A DNA stretch of 64,000 nucleotides from an uncultured Candidatus Saccharibacteria bacterium (GTDB taxonomy: Bacteria; Patescibacteriota; Minisyncoccia; Portnoybacterales; UBA2143), in contig CAZJPW010000002.1 in the NCBI GenBank assembly GCA_964548405.1, positions 17-64,016 of the forward strand. Reading direction: 5' to 3'. Shown in pieces: positions 37,968-48,492 of this stretch. Numbering within the stretch: the stretch's first letter is position 1; each line of letters opens with the position of its first letter. The notes under the pieces were generated by a model. It was given only the letters and a program-made list of their open reading frames with translations. It ran no database searches and was not told where the DNA came from. A program made the translations under genes and the position numbers.

Positions 37968-38878
37968 ATTTCTAACATTAAAACCTCCAAAGCCAACCGA
38001 GCATTAATACTTGGGTTGGTCAAAAGCCAATCTGTTCTTTTAATTGTTTTAATAATCTTTTTTAACTTTAGTAAAGAATAACAACCCTTATACTTAACTG
38101 TTTCCGGATAAAGAATTAAATCAGAACAATCATTAGCCAAGAGAAGTAAATCCCTGAACCAAAAAAGCCAATAATCTAGAATTTGCCGAGACATTGGCAA
38201 ATCCTTGGACATTTCTTCAACATATTGATAACGTTCACTTAAATTAGCTTTTAATATCTTTTCTAATTGATTAATTACCTTATCCTGTTCCTTTAAAAGT
38301 TCTGGATTTTCTAAATAATTAATGGCTAGGCCCGGACGGCCATTAGCCAAACGGATAATTTGATCTTTAGCTTTAGAAAGCACTTTTTTAATTTCTTGAC
38401 TCGGTACAGGCAAAAAATTAACTGTCTGACAACGAGAAACAATGGTCGATAAAAGCATTCTTGGATTAGCTGTCACTAGAATAAGGATTGCTTGTCCACT
38501 TGGCTCTTCTAATACTTTCAAAAGACAATTAGCTGCTTGATTAGTCATTCTATCAGCTCCATCAATCAAAACCACCTTGTAATCCGCAGAATATGGAAAC
38601 AAACTCATTTGATGCTGGATTTCTCTAGCTTGCTTAATACCTATTTCAAGTTCTTTCTTAACTCCCTTATCTGTCTCTATAACTTCCGGTTTAATAATTA
38701 AAACATCTGGATGAACCGCCCTGTCTATTTCTTTGCCAACTAGCATTCTAATAAATTCCAAAGCCACGGTTTGTTTACCTAAATGAGCCGGACCAGTAAA
38801 TAAATATGCATGAGCCAAACGTTGCTTTTCAACGCTTTTCTTCAAAAAACCTAAAACCCGCTGATGTCCAATAATCAT
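37964..38878 (-). CDS. holB: DNA polymerase III subunit delta'
   Basis: HAYLFTGP, HPDV, ANCLLKVLEEP, TIVSRC. Confidence 0.92.
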   Translation of the reverse strand: MIIGHQRVLGFLKKSVEKQRLAHAYLFTGPAHLGKQTVALEFIRMLVGKEIDRAVHPDVLIIKPEVIETDKGVKKELEIGIKQAREIQHQMSLFPYSADYKVVLIDGADRMTNQAANCLLKVLEEPSGQAILILVTANPRMLLSTIVSRCQTVNFLPVPSQEIKKVLSKAKDQIIRLANGRPGLAINYLENPELLKEQDKVINQLEKILKANLSERYQYVEEMSKDLPMSRQILDYWLFWFRDLLLLANDCSDLILYPETVKYKGCYSLLKLKKIIKTIKRTDWLLTNPSINARLALEVLMLEI

Positions 38879-38904
38879 ACATTAATTTTATCATAATCCC
38901 TATC

Positions 38905-40017
38905 TTATCGCAATTTTCTTTGCTCTAGTATACTTATGACAAATTCTTTTATTGATCTCTCAAATCTATCTTGAGAAAACTTTTCAGCCCTTTTTCTAAT
39001 CAAAAGAGGACTATAATTATTTAAATTAATCAAAATGCGGCGAACTCCTTCAGCTAAAGATTCGGGCACTGCTTCGTCAAAAAATTCACCTGTAATTCCT
39101 TCTAAGACAGTTTCTATGGCCCCACCTCTACGATAGGCCAAGACTGGCTTTCCAAAACCCATGGCTTCGACTGGGGCAATACCAAAATCATCTTCGCCTG
39201 GAAAAAGAAAACCTATACAATTCTTAAAATATTTTTTAACACTTTGATCAGATCGCCAACCTAAAAACTTAATATTATCATGAGCCATTCTCTTTAATCT
39301 TTTCTTATCCGGACCTTCACCAATAATAATTAAAGGCAACCTCAACTTATTAAAAGCATTAACAGCCAAATCTATTCTTTTGTAAGGAGTCAATTGCGAG
39401 ACAATTAGGAAATACCCATCATTAGTCTGACTTAATTCTCCAAGATTATCTAATATCACGGGAGGATAGATAACTTCCGCTGCCCGGCCATAGAACTTAT
39501 TAACCCTTCCAGCTGTAGCCTTAGAGTTAGCGATAAAATGATCTACTCGGCTAGCGGCCGATTTATCCCACATTCTAACATAATGCATCATTACTCTAAT
39601 GGCTAAATTAGTTAAATGTCCTTTTCTTTGTTGTTCAATATATGAAGTATAGGCATCCCAACCAAAGCGCATTGGACTATGACAGTAACAGATATGAACG
39701 GCCTGAGGTCGAGTAATAACGCCTTTGACAAAACTATTAGAAGAAGAAATTACTAAGTCAAACTCACGCAAATCAAAAGTTTCCGGAGCCATAGGAATAA
39801 AAGGCAAAAGATACTTTTGGCGTTTGCGCCAAAACTTTGGAAAACCTTGCAAAAAAGAAGTATTAACCTTAACGCCCTCAAAATATTGACCCATTTTTTT
39901 CTGATCGTAAAGTAAAGTAAAAACCTCAGATTTAGGAAAAATTTTCCTTAAATTTAAAAAGACCCTCTCGGCCCCTCCAAAACGAATTAAATAATCGTGA
40001 ATTAAAGCTACTTTCAT
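38905..40017 (-). CDS. Glycosyltransferase family 4
   Basis: GGAERV, YCHSPMR, DDFGIAPVEAM. Confidence 0.92.
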   Translation of the reverse strand: MKVALIHDYLIRFGGAERVFLNLRKIFPKSEVFTLLYDQKKMGQYFEGVKVNTSFLQGFPKFWRKRQKYLLPFIPMAPETFDLREFDLVISSSNSFVKGVITRPQAVHICYCHSPMRFGWDAYTSYIEQQRKGHLTNLAIRVMMHYVRMWDKSAASRVDHFIANSKATAGRVNKFYGRAAEVIYPPVILDNLGELSQTNDGYFLIVSQLTPYKRIDLAVNAFNKLRLPLIIIGEGPDKKRLKRMAHDNIKFLGWRSDQSVKKYFKNCIGFLFPGEDDFGIAPVEAMGFGKPVLAYRRGGAIETVLEGITGEFFDEAVPESLAEGVRRILINLNNYSPLLIRKRAEKFSQDRFERSIKEFVISILEQRKLR

Positions 40018-41042
40018 GAATCAGTTAAAACTCTTAAAGTCTCTTGAGCACACTTCTTCCAAGAAAATCTCTTGGCATTCTCGTATCCCTCATTAACCAA
40101 TCTCTCTTTAAAATCCCTGTCTTCAATGATCTGATACATTCTATCGCAGATTTCTTCGATATTCTCAGGTTTTACCAATATTGCTCCCTGACCAGCTACT
40201 TCCGGCATTGAAGAAACATTAGAAGTTATCACCGGACAACCAGATACCTGAGCTTCCAGGATATGCATTCCAAAACCTTCATAAAAAGTCGGAAAAACAA
40301 ACATATCTGCATTCTTTAATAACTGCCACTTTTCTTTTTCTGAAACATACCCCTTTAGAATAATATCTTTACTAAAATTTATCTTATCATATTGATAACC
40401 TTTTAATCCAGCTAAAACCAGCTTATGCGGTACCTGGTATCTTTTTTTAAGTAATTCAAAGGCTCTAATTAATCCATGGATATTCTTTTTTGTCTCTAAA
40501 CGTCCAATGTATAGGATATATGGGTAACCCTTATCTTTATTTCCATTAACTTTTCTAGAAAGTATTCCATCTGGAATACCCACTCCATGATGGACTACCT
40601 GTATCTTTTCCGGATCACCATTATACAATTCAATCAAATCTTTTTTAGTATTCTCAGAAATAGCGATAACCTTACTGGCATTTCTTAAAGCATATTTAGT
40701 ACTCCAGCGTAAATAAGCTAGATGTTTTTTAGGATACATCTGAGGATAATATTCATATTCCAAACCATGAATAGTAACAACAGAATTTCTAGGATGAACT
40801 AAAGGCAAAACATGAACTGGGATAAATAGGACATCAGGTTTATTAAAAATCATTTCCGCAGACAATCTTACCTGAGTCCACATGGGCAGAGACCACTTTA
40901 AATTTTTATTGGAGTATAAAATAAAACGATGCTTTTGCGCTCCCTCCAGCATCGCTAAGTGTTTAATTAATTGATAGGTGTATTCCTCTACGCCTGTACG
41001 CGGCTTAATAAAAGCAGCCACAGCATTAATCCCTATAACCAT
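40014..41042 (-). CDS. Glycosyltransferase family 4 (mannosyltransferase-like)
   Basis: GRLETKKN, YEGFGMHILEA, SSMPEV. Confidence 0.92.
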   Translation of the reverse strand: MVIGINAVAAFIKPRTGVEEYTYQLIKHLAMLEGAQKHRFILYSNKNLKWSLPMWTQVRLSAEMIFNKPDVLFIPVHVLPLVHPRNSVVTIHGLEYEYYPQMYPKKHLAYLRWSTKYALRNASKVIAISENTKKDLIELYNGDPEKIQVVHHGVGIPDGILSRKVNGNKDKGYPYILYIGRLETKKNIHGLIRAFELLKKRYQVPHKLVLAGLKGYQYDKINFSKDIILKGYVSEKEKWQLLKNADMFVFPTFYEGFGMHILEAQVSGCPVITSNVSSMPEVAGQGAILVKPENIEEICDRMYQIIEDRDFKERLVNEGYENAKRFSWKKCAQETLRVLTDS

Positions 41043-41043
41043 A

Positions 41044-42051
41044 CTACTTTTTACTCATTATACTTCGTTTATAAACTTCTAAATTATCCAAAGCCGTACC
41101 GGCACCCTTAGCCACACAAAGCAAGGGATCTTTGGCAATTCGACAATTAACACCAGTTGCCTCAGTAATCAAATTATCTAAATTTTTAAGCAAAGCGCCA
41201 CCTCCGCTCAAAACCATACCATGATCCATAATATCAGCAATTAATTCTGGCAATGTTCCTTGAAGTACATTTTTAACCGATTTAATAATCTCTCTTAATT
41301 GTTCTGAAATCGCTTCAGTGATTTCGTTACCCCTAACTTCAATAGTCTTGGGTAAACCGCCAATTAAATCCCGACCCTGGATTTCCATGACCGGTTCTTC
41401 CTCTTGGGGTAAAGCGCTGCCAATCTCTATTTTAATCTTTTCGGCGGTCCTTTCACCAACAGCTAAATTATGTTTCTTTCTAATATGTTCACTAATCGCC
41501 TGATCCAATTTATCTCCACCTACCCTTACTGAATCACAAGAAACTACCCCACCCAAAGAAATCACAGCCATTTCTGAAGTTCCTCCACCAATATCAATAA
41601 TCATCTGACCAGTTGGCTGATTAATTTTCAAACCAGCTCCAATAGCTGCTAAAACAGGCTCTTTAACTACATAAGCATTCTTGGCGCCAGCTTTAACTGT
41701 GGCCTCAATTACTGCTCTTCTTTCAGTTGAAGTAATCCCAGCTGGCACTGAAACCATGACATCTGGTCGAAAGATACGCCAACTGCCCAAAACTTTTCCG
41801 ATAAAATATCGAAGTAATGCCTCAGTTACCCGATAATCAGCAATAACACCATCTTTCATGGGTCGATAAACCGTAATGATTTCTGGAGCCCTGCCTAGCA
41901 TTTCTTTAGCCGGATTACCCACCGCTAAAATACGGTTATCCTCATCAGAAACCGCTACCACAGTTGGTTCATTAATAACTACACCCTTTTTGGGTAGATG
42001 AACCAAAGTATTAGCTGTACCTAAATCAATTCCTATTTTTCTAGCTAACAT
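41044..42051 (-). CDS. mreB: MreB/Mbl paralog
   Basis: IGIDLGTANT, EPVLAAIGAG, DIGGGTSE; directly follows murA. Confidence 0.93.
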   Translation of the reverse strand: MLARKIGIDLGTANTLVHLPKKGVVINEPTVVAVSDEDNRILAVGNPAKEMLGRAPEIITVYRPMKDGVIADYRVTEALLRYFIGKVLGSWRIFRPDVMVSVPAGITSTERRAVIEATVKAGAKNAYVVKEPVLAAIGAGLKINQPTGQMIIDIGGGTSEMAVISLGGVVSCDSVRVGGDKLDQAISEHIRKKHNLAVGERTAEKIKIEIGSALPQEEEPVMEIQGRDLIGGLPKTIEVRGNEITEAISEQLREIIKSVKNVLQGTLPELIADIMDHGMVLSGGGALLKNLDNLITEATGVNCRIAKDPLLCVAKGAGTALDNLEVYKRSIMSKK

Positions 42052-43307
42052 ATTTCCATCCTTTTAATATTCGCTCCTATTTTCTTTAATCGTTCTTCAA
42101 TATGTTCGTAACCCCTGTCTATTTGATAAATGTTTTCAATGACTGATTCTCCTTTTGCTATTAAAGCAGCAATAACCAAGGCGATACCTGCCCTAATATC
42201 AGGACTAGTCAAACGACGACCATACAGTTTAGTCGGACCCTGGATAATAACCCGATGAGGATCAGCCATGATAATTTTAGCGCCCATCTGATTAAGTATA
42301 TCAGTATAAAAGAGACGACCTTCAAAGATTGTTTCGTGAATTAAAGATAAACCTTTAGCTTGAGTCATTAAAACCGCAAAAGGAGCTTGTAAATCAGTTG
42401 GAAAACCAGGATACTCATGAGTTTTTAAATCAACTGCCTTTAATCTAGAGCTCTGCTTAACTTTAACAAAATCTTTACCAATCTCCAAATTAGCTCCAGC
42501 TTTATTCAAAAGAGACCAAAGAACCTCTAAATGACTAGGATTCATATTAGTAACCTTAATCGGACTATTACTAGCCACTCCCAAAGCAACAAAACTACCT
42601 GCTTCTAATCTATCTGGAATAATCTGGCATTTCCCACCACCCAAAGAATTAACTCCCTCAATCTCTATAAACGGAGTTCCGGCTCCTTTAATCTTAGCCC
42701 CTAATTTATTTAAAAAGTCGACCAAACTATAAATCTCTGGCTCGCAAGCTGTATTAATTAACTTTGTTTTTCCTTTAGCTAAAACAGCTGTTAAAATCAT
42801 TGCTTCAGTTGCTGTAACGCTAATCTTAGGAAAAACAAATTTAGTTCCTTTTAATTGCTTAGTTGATAAATGATACCCCTCTTTACTCTCTTTGACTTTA
42901 GCTCCAAAAGCTTCAAAGCCACTTATAAAAATATCGCGTGGACGTTGGCCAATAACACAACCCCCTGATTGACAAAGAGTAGCTTCTCCACATCGAGCCA
43001 ATAAAGGACCAATCATTAGAATAGATCCTTTTAAACGACTGGCAATATCCGGATTTAGCTTAGTCGTATTGATATTCCTAGCCCTTAATTGATAAATTCC
43101 TTTGGAATCACTTTTAATTTTAACTCCGATTTCCTTTAATAGTTCAATTAAACGAAAAATATCCTCAATTTGAGGAACATTAGAGATGGTCCATTGCTTA
43201 TCTGTTAATAAACAAGCAGCCAAAACCTTCAAAGCCGCGTTTTTAGCTCCGTTAACCTTTATTTCCCCCTTAAGCTTCTTCTGGCCTTTAACTATGAATT
43301 TCTCCAT
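42045..43307 (-). CDS. murA: UDP-N-acetylglucosamine 1-carboxyvinyltransferase
   Basis: GAKNAA, GGCVIGQRP, YPGFPTDLQ, DIRAG, IDRGY; start re-set to MEKFIV. Confidence 0.96.
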   Translation of the reverse strand: MEKFIVKGQKKLKGEIKVNGAKNAALKVLAACLLTDKQWTISNVPQIEDIFRLIELLKEIGVKIKSDSKGIYQLRARNINTTKLNPDIASRLKGSILMIGPLLARCGEATLCQSGGCVIGQRPRDIFISGFEAFGAKVKESKEGYHLSTKQLKGTKFVFPKISVTATEAMILTAVLAKGKTKLINTACEPEIYSLVDFLNKLGAKIKGAGTPFIEIEGVNSLGGGKCQIIPDRLEAGSFVALGVASNSPIKVTNMNPSHLEVLWSLLNKAGANLEIGKDFVKVKQSSRLKAVDLKTHEYPGFPTDLQAPFAVLMTQAKGLSLIHETIFEGRLFYTDILNQMGAKIIMADPHRVIIQGPTKLYGRRLTSPDIRAGIALVIAALIAKGESVIENIYQIDRGYEHIEERLKKIGANIKRMEIC

Positions 43308-43399
43308 ACACATATATCCTATCTCATTAAGCCATAATTGACAAGTTGACATATTGAATAGAATAAGTATATGCTGATATTAGAAATAAGGAATGAAAC

Positions 43400-44374
43400 A
43401 TGACTCGTCGAACACGTCAAATCATACTTTTAGCAACAACTCTTTTTTTTATTCTAGCCACCCCAGCCACTTTACTTTATGCTTGGGGCTATAGTTTTGA
43501 TTGGCAAACTAAAAAACCAGTTCTTACGGGCGGTCTCTATCTTAAATCAATTCCTAAAAAAGCCGAAGTATACATTAATGATAAACCCCAAAAAGAAACA
43601 ACTCCGACATTTATTAAACGGTTATTGCCTAAAGAATATCAAATCAGAGTAACCAAACAAGGTTACCATTCTTGGCAAAAGACTTTAAAAGTTGAATCAA
43701 AAATAGTAACAGAATCAAAGAATATTCTACTTATCCCCCTTAGTCCGGAAATCGAAACGGTTAGCCAAGACTTGGCGCTTAATTTTTCCTTAGAAGATTT
43801 TATTCAGGAAGAATCAACCAATATCTTCTATATCCAAAAACCAAGCTATATCCTTTATAAAACAGATCAAGACAATTCATTCCAAGAGCAAATTAGCTTA
43901 ACTCCTCTACCCAGCAATCATCAATACGAAATATTTTCCTCGGCCAATGAACAGATTGTTGTCTTAGACAAAAAAAACCAGCTTTATCTATTTAATCAAG
44001 GAACAAAAAACTTTGAATTAATAAGTCAAAATGTCCAAAGTCTCCAATTTTCCTATAACAACAAAAGACTACTTTACTTTACCCCCTCTGAAATCTGGAT
44101 ATACCATTTAGAAAGATCGGGTAAAATAGCGGATAATAAGGAGTTAATTACTAGATTAAGCCAGAAAATTAAGCAAGCCATTTGGCACAAAACCAATGAA
44201 CACATCATTTTTTCAGTCGGAGAAAATATTAAAATAATTGAATTAGATAATCGAAGCGATAGAAATATTGTTAATTTAATCAAATTAGAAGTTAAAAAAA
44301 TGGCCTACGGCCAAAAAGACGAAAAACTTTATTTAATAAAAGAAAATGAACTACTGGCCATTACCCTGGATTAA
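43400..44374 (+). CDS. Membrane-anchored PEGA-domain protein
   Basis: TM, YAWGY, LKSIPKKAEVYIN, Y.IRVTKQGY. Confidence 0.8.
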   Translation: MTRRTRQIILLATTLFFILATPATLLYAWGYSFDWQTKKPVLTGGLYLKSIPKKAEVYINDKPQKETTPTFIKRLLPKEYQIRVTKQGYHSWQKTLKVESKIVTESKNILLIPLSPEIETVSQDLALNFSLEDFIQEESTNIFYIQKPSYILYKTDQDNSFQEQISLTPLPSNHQYEIFSSANEQIVVLDKKNQLYLFNQGTKNFELISQNVQSLQFSYNNKRLLYFTPSEIWIYHLERSGKIADNKELITRLSQKIKQAIWHKTNEHIIFSVGENIKIIELDNRSDRNIVNLIKLEVKKMAYGQKDEKLYLIKENELLAITLD

Positions 44375-44403
44375 AAAAATCCCCACCAGATGCGGGGATT
44401 TTT
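44374..44403. terminator. Bidirectional intrinsic terminator
   Basis: A-tract ATCCCC...GGGGAT T-tract between convergent genes. Confidence 0.8.
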
Positions 44404-44404
44404 C

Positions 44405-44881
44405 TTATCTCTTCTTCCACTGTGTAGCCTTTCTCGCCTTCTTGAGACCAGGCTTTTTTCTTTCTTTCTTTCTCGAATCACGAGTAAGAAAACCTGATCT
44501 TTTCAGTTTTTTGGAAAAATCAGGATTAAATTTAACCAAGGCTCGAGATAAGCCATGGCGAGCTGCTTCAGCTTGTCCTTTAATACCGCCGCCTTTAATC
44601 TTAATAGTCGCTTCAAAACGATTGATTGACTTCATTTTCTTAAGCGGACTGAGTAATATTTCCCTTAAATCAAAAGTTGTAAAGAAATCAGCATAATCTT
44701 TATCATTGACTGTAACCTTGCCTTTTTCATTTTCAAAAGGCTTGCAAGTAAAAAGCCTGACTCTGGCAGTTGACGTCTTTCTCCGGCCAACCGCTTCATA
44801 GTATTGCCTTTTTATTTCTTTGGCTGAAGTCTTTTTAACCACTTTCTTCTTGGCCTTGGTTGTTTTTTTCTTTTCTGGCAT
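44405..44881 (-). CDS. rpsI: 30S ribosomal protein S9
   Basis: GRRKTS, GGGIKGQ, ERKKPGL. Confidence 0.97.
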   Translation of the reverse strand: MPEKKKTTKAKKKVVKKTSAKEIKRQYYEAVGRRKTSTARVRLFTCKPFENEKGKVTVNDKDYADFFTTFDLREILLSPLKKMKSINRFEATIKIKGGGIKGQAEAARHGLSRALVKFNPDFSKKLKRSGFLTRDSRKKERKKPGLKKARKATQWKKR

Positions 44882-44882
44882 A

Positions 44883-45245
44883 TTATTTATCTATCTCTTC
44901 TTTGTATAGTTTTAGCTTTTTAATAACCTTATCTCTTAATTTATTCTTAGGTAACATTCCGTAAACTGCTTTTTTGACCACTTCCCGAGAGTCTTTTTCC
45001 ATAGCTTTTTTAAAAGGAATTTCTTTAATTCCACCCGGATAACCAGAATGATGATAATACATTTTCTGATCTTCTTTTCGTCCGGTTAATCTAACTTTAT
45101 TAGTATTATAAACAATTACTTGATCACCCATATCCATATGAGGCATAAATTCAGGCTTGTTTTTGCCACGCAATAAATTAGCCACCTCAACAGCCATTCT
45201 CCCTAAAACTTTGTTTTTTGCATCAATCTTATGTGTCATGTTCAC
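44883..45245 (-). CDS. rplM: 50S ribosomal protein L13
   Basis: LGRMA, HSGYPGG, GMLPKN. Confidence 0.97.
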   Translation of the reverse strand: MNMTHKIDAKNKVLGRMAVEVANLLRGKNKPEFMPHMDMGDQVIVYNTNKVRLTGRKEDQKMYYHHSGYPGGIKEIPFKKAMEKDSREVVKKAVYGMLPKNKLRDKVIKKLKLYKEEIDK

Positions 45246-45250
45246 TATGT

Positions 45251-45601
45251 TTACTTAACTAATTCAATAATAGCCATTTTGGCGCTATCTGTTTTGCGCG
45301 GACCCAATTTAGTAATCCTAGTATATCCGCCTGGCCTGGCTTGGTAACGAGGCCCTATTTCCGCAATCATCTTTTTTAATATCTTAGCTGGAAGGTATCT
45401 TGCTAAATATCTAGTATTAGCTAAATTATTGGTCCTGCTTTTAGTAATCAACTTTTCCACAAAAGGACGAACTTCCTTAGCTTTGGCTTCAGTAGTAGTA
45501 ACCTTTTCTTTTAATAGTAAGTTAGCGGCCAAGATTTTCAAAAGAGCCTTCCGCTGATCCTTATTACGACCAAATTTTCTTAATTTATTACCGTGCTTCA
45601 T
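45251..45601 (-). CDS. rplQ: 50S ribosomal protein L17
   Basis: TTEAKAK, RPGGYTRI. Confidence 0.97.
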   Translation of the reverse strand: MKHGNKLRKFGRNKDQRKALLKILAANLLLKEKVTTTEAKAKEVRPFVEKLITKSRTNNLANTRYLARYLPAKILKKMIAEIGPRYQARPGGYTRITKLGPRKTDSAKMAIIELVK

Positions 45602-45615
45602 TATTTCAAAGTTAT

Positions 45616-46575
45616 TTATTTGAGAGTTAAACCTAGTTTGCCAAGAGATCTTTTAATTTCAAGGATACCCTTATCTCCCATGCCATCAATCTTTTCTAAG
45701 TCCGCTATACTCTTTTTAATCAGACTAGCCACTGTCTTTATTCCAACTGCCTGGAGAACGGTCGTCGTCCTGGAAGAAATCTTAAAGTCTTCTATCTTAA
45801 TCTTAGTAGGATCATCTTTTAAATCTTTTGTCTTAGTAGACTTCTTTTCTTCTTTTTTCTCTTTTACCTTAGTTGTTGCCTTTTTAGTTTTCTTATCCGC
45901 TAATTGAGTAAAAACGCTATAATTATCAACTAATATCTGAGCTGCTTTAAGAAAAGCGTCTTTAGGAGCAATCGTTCCGTCAGTTTCAATCTTAAAGGTC
46001 ATTTTATCATAATCTGTTCTTTCGCCCACCCTCATATTTTCTATAGAATAAGTCACCTTGCGAACAGGACTGAAAATAGCATCTATGGCAATCTTACCAA
46101 TCTCTATTTTCCCTTTCTTGCGTTCTTCAATCGGCGAATATCCTAAGCCTGGCTCAACTTCAATCTCTATCTCTAATTCTGCTTTTTTATCAGTCAAAGT
46201 TGCAATGTGAGCATCCTTATTAACAACCTCTAATTCAGAGGTCGTTTTAATATCTCCGGCCTTAACTTCCTTTTCACCTTTAACCTTTAACATTACTTTA
46301 AAAGATTCTTGACGATGCAGCTTAAACCTAACCTGCTTAAGATTGAGGATTATTTGAACTACATCTTCCATTATATGAGGAATAGTTGAAAACTCATGTT
46401 GAGCTCCTTTTATCTTTATTCCAGTAATGGCTGCACCGGGTAAAGAAGACAAAAGAACACGACGAAGAGAGCTGCCTAAAGTATTTCCATACCCCGGATA
46501 ACAAGCTCCAATCTCAAAGATGCCCTTATTCCCTTTTTCTTCGATAATTTTTGGTTTATTTGGTAAAGTAATCAT
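45616..46575 (-). CDS. rpoA: RNA polymerase alpha subunit
   Basis: GYGNTLG, LRRVLLSS, DAIFSPV, alpha-CTD. Confidence 0.97.
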   Translation of the reverse strand: MITLPNKPKIIEEKGNKGIFEIGACYPGYGNTLGSSLRRVLLSSLPGAAITGIKIKGAQHEFSTIPHIMEDVVQIILNLKQVRFKLHRQESFKVMLKVKGEKEVKAGDIKTTSELEVVNKDAHIATLTDKKAELEIEIEVEPGLGYSPIEERKKGKIEIGKIAIDAIFSPVRKVTYSIENMRVGERTDYDKMTFKIETDGTIAPKDAFLKAAQILVDNYSVFTQLADKKTKKATTKVKEKKEEKKSTKTKDLKDDPTKIKIEDFKISSRTTTVLQAVGIKTVASLIKKSIADLEKIDGMGDKGILEIKRSLGKLGLTLK

Positions 46576-46592
46576 ATTTTTAATATTATTGT

Positions 46593-47216
46593 TTATTTAC
46601 TATAGAATTCAATAATCATGCTTAATTCGCCGATTTTACCCATATCTTCCATGGTGGGCTGACTTTTGACTTTACCTTCGATCTTTTGCTTATCCAAAAC
46701 TAACCATTTGGGCGCTTCATATTTTTTAATAATTGTTTTAAGATCTTTGAAAAGAATCTTTTTCTTACTTGCTTCCCTTATTTTAACAAGATCATCCTTT
46801 TTAACCTGATAAGAAGCAATATTAACTTTCCGGCCGTTAACCAAAATATGACCATGACTGACTATCTGTCTGGCTAAGCTTCTTGAAACAGCCCAACCCA
46901 ACCGAAAAACAACATTATCCAATCTACTTTCCAGCTTTTGAGCAAAAAGTTCTTCTTTATTTCCTTTTTGTCCGGCAATTTCCTTGAAATATTTCTTAAA
47001 CTGCTGTTCTGATATACTATAGGCATTACGAACCTTTTGTTTTTCAGTCAGCTGCAAGCCATATTCCGAAGCCCTTCTTCTAAAAGACTTGCCGTGGACT
47101 CCAGGCGGATAAGGCCTTCGAATCATAGCACACTTCTGACCAAAGCAACGATCCCCTTTAAGAAAAAGTTTTTGTCCGGCCCTTCTGCATTTTTTACATT
47201 TAGCGTCGATAATCAT
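46593..47216 (-). CDS. rpsD: 30S ribosomal protein S4 (Zn-binding type)
   Basis: CKKCRR, LESRLDNVV, EFYSK. Confidence 0.97.
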   Translation of the reverse strand: MIIDAKCKKCRRAGQKLFLKGDRCFGQKCAMIRRPYPPGVHGKSFRRRASEYGLQLTEKQKVRNAYSISEQQFKKYFKEIAGQKGNKEELFAQKLESRLDNVVFRLGWAVSRSLARQIVSHGHILVNGRKVNIASYQVKKDDLVKIREASKKKILFKDLKTIIKKYEAPKWLVLDKQKIEGKVKSQPTMEDMGKIGELSMIIEFYSK

Positions 47217-47221
47217 ATATA

Positions 47222-47689
47222 TTAGACTCTCCTTGGTTTACGTGAACGGCAGCCATTATGCGGTACCGGAGTAACATCTTTAATAGAAATAATTTCCAAA
47301 CCATGATTAACCAAAGCTCTGATAGCTGCATCCCGACCACTGCCAACACCTCTAACAAAAACCGATATTTCTTTAAGGCCATAGCTGCTCATTTTTTCAA
47401 CCAAAGTTTCAACTACGCGCGAGGCGGCAAACGGAGTAGCTTTCTTAGGACCCTTAAACCCGACTGAACCAGCACTAGACCAAGCCACTACATTACCTTG
47501 TAAATCGGTAATAGTGATGAGGGTATTATTGTACGAAGATTGAATATATACTTTGGCATGTTCAAGCCGGCCAATTTTTTTCTTTCCTTTTGACCCCTTA
47601 GATTGAGCTTTGCGTTCGCTTTCTTCCCTTTCTTCTGCTTCTTTTAAAAGCTCTTCTTGTGTTTTTTTAATTATTTTTTTCTTACCCAT
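47222..47689 (-). CDS. rpsK: 30S ribosomal protein S11 with K/E-rich N-terminal extension
   Basis: SSYNNT, KKATPFAA, PHNGCR; start re-set to MGKKK. Confidence 0.96.
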   Translation of the reverse strand: MGKKKIIKKTQEELLKEAEEREESERKAQSKGSKGKKKIGRLEHAKVYIQSSYNNTLITITDLQGNVVAWSSAGSVGFKGPKKATPFAASRVVETLVEKMSSYGLKEISVFVRGVGSGRDAAIRALVNHGLEIISIKDVTPVPHNGCRSRKPRRV

Positions 47690-47696
47690 AATTATA

Positions 47697-48086
47697 TTAT
47701 GTTTTTTCAGCTGCTTTCTTTCTTCCGCTACCCATAGTCTTACGAACATTACCTCGAATGGTCCGAGTATTAGTTTTTGTTTGTTGGCCTCTAACTGGCA
47801 AACCTTTAATATGGCGAATACCGCGGTAAGAACCAATATCTTTTAACCGTTTAATATTCATCATTTTTTCCTGTCTTAATTCACCCTCGACCCGATATTC
47901 CTTTTCTACTATCTCTCTTAAAGCGTTTACTTCTTTACTTGATAGTTTGTTAGTCCTGATATTGGGATCTATTTTAGCTTTAGCCAAAATACGCTGACTC
48001 AAAGTTTGCCCTATGCCATAAACATAGGTTAAAGCGATCTCTATTCTTTTATTATCTGGAATATTAACACCAGCTATTCTAGCCAT
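47697..48086 (-). CDS. rpsM: 30S ribosomal protein S13
   Basis: [17 protein letters not shown]. Confidence 0.97.
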   Translation of the reverse strand: MARIAGVNIPDNKRIEIALTYVYGIGQTLSQRILAKAKIDPNIRTNKLSSKEVNALREIVEKEYRVEGELRQEKMMNIKRLKDIGSYRGIRHIKGLPVRGQQTKTNTRTIRGNVRKTMGSGRKKAAEKT

Positions 48087-48100
48087 AGTTTGTATTAAAA

Positions 48101-48217
48101 TTAACCCTGCCTTTGCTTATGTCTTGGATTTTTCTTACAAATAACATAAACCCGACCTTTCCGTCGGACTATTTTACAATCTGCGCACATTTTTTTAACA
48201 GAAGCACGTACTTTCAT
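48101..48217 (-). CDS. rpmJ: 50S ribosomal protein L36 (not in ORF track)
   Basis: Hand translation [38 protein letters not shown]. Confidence 0.97.
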   Translation of the reverse strand: MKVRASVKKMCADCKIVRRKGRVYVICKKNPRHKQRQG

Positions 48218-48220
48218 AAT

Positions 48221-48445
48221 TTACTTTCCTCGATAAGTGATCCTTCCTTTAGTATTATCATAAGGACTCATTTCAACCTTAACTTGATCGCCGACCAAAA
48301 CACGAATATGATGCAAACGCATCTTTCCCGAAAGCTTAGCTAATACTTCACTCTGATCATCCAACTTTACCTTAAACATTAGGCTAGGCAAAGCCTCAAT
48401 AACCACCCCTTCCTGGGTAATTTTTTTTTCTTTGAGTTTAATCAC
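48221..48445 (-). CDS. infA: Translation initiation factor IF-1
   Basis: [22 protein letters not shown]; GTG start uncertain. Confidence 0.96.
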   Translation of the reverse strand: MIKLKEKKITQEGVVIEALPSLMFKVKLDDQSEVLAKLSGKMRLHHIRVLVGDQVKVEMSPYDNTKGRITYRGK

Positions 48446-48462
48446 TTTTGTATATTACTGAT

Positions 48463-48491
48463 ATACTAAACAAAAGTTCCAGTTTAGTCAA
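48463..48491 (-). promoter_or_regulatory. Promoter of infA-rpmJ-alpha operon
   Basis: TTGACT-17-TAGTAT. Confidence 0.65.
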
Positions 48492-48492
48492 G

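Noticed and set aside
47690-47836. Long N-terminal extension of S11 in the ORF track; likewise the extended starts of rnhB, proS, murA, ferredoxin and paralog 2
   Set aside because: They overlap upstream genes, terminators or promoters; downstream ATGs fit better
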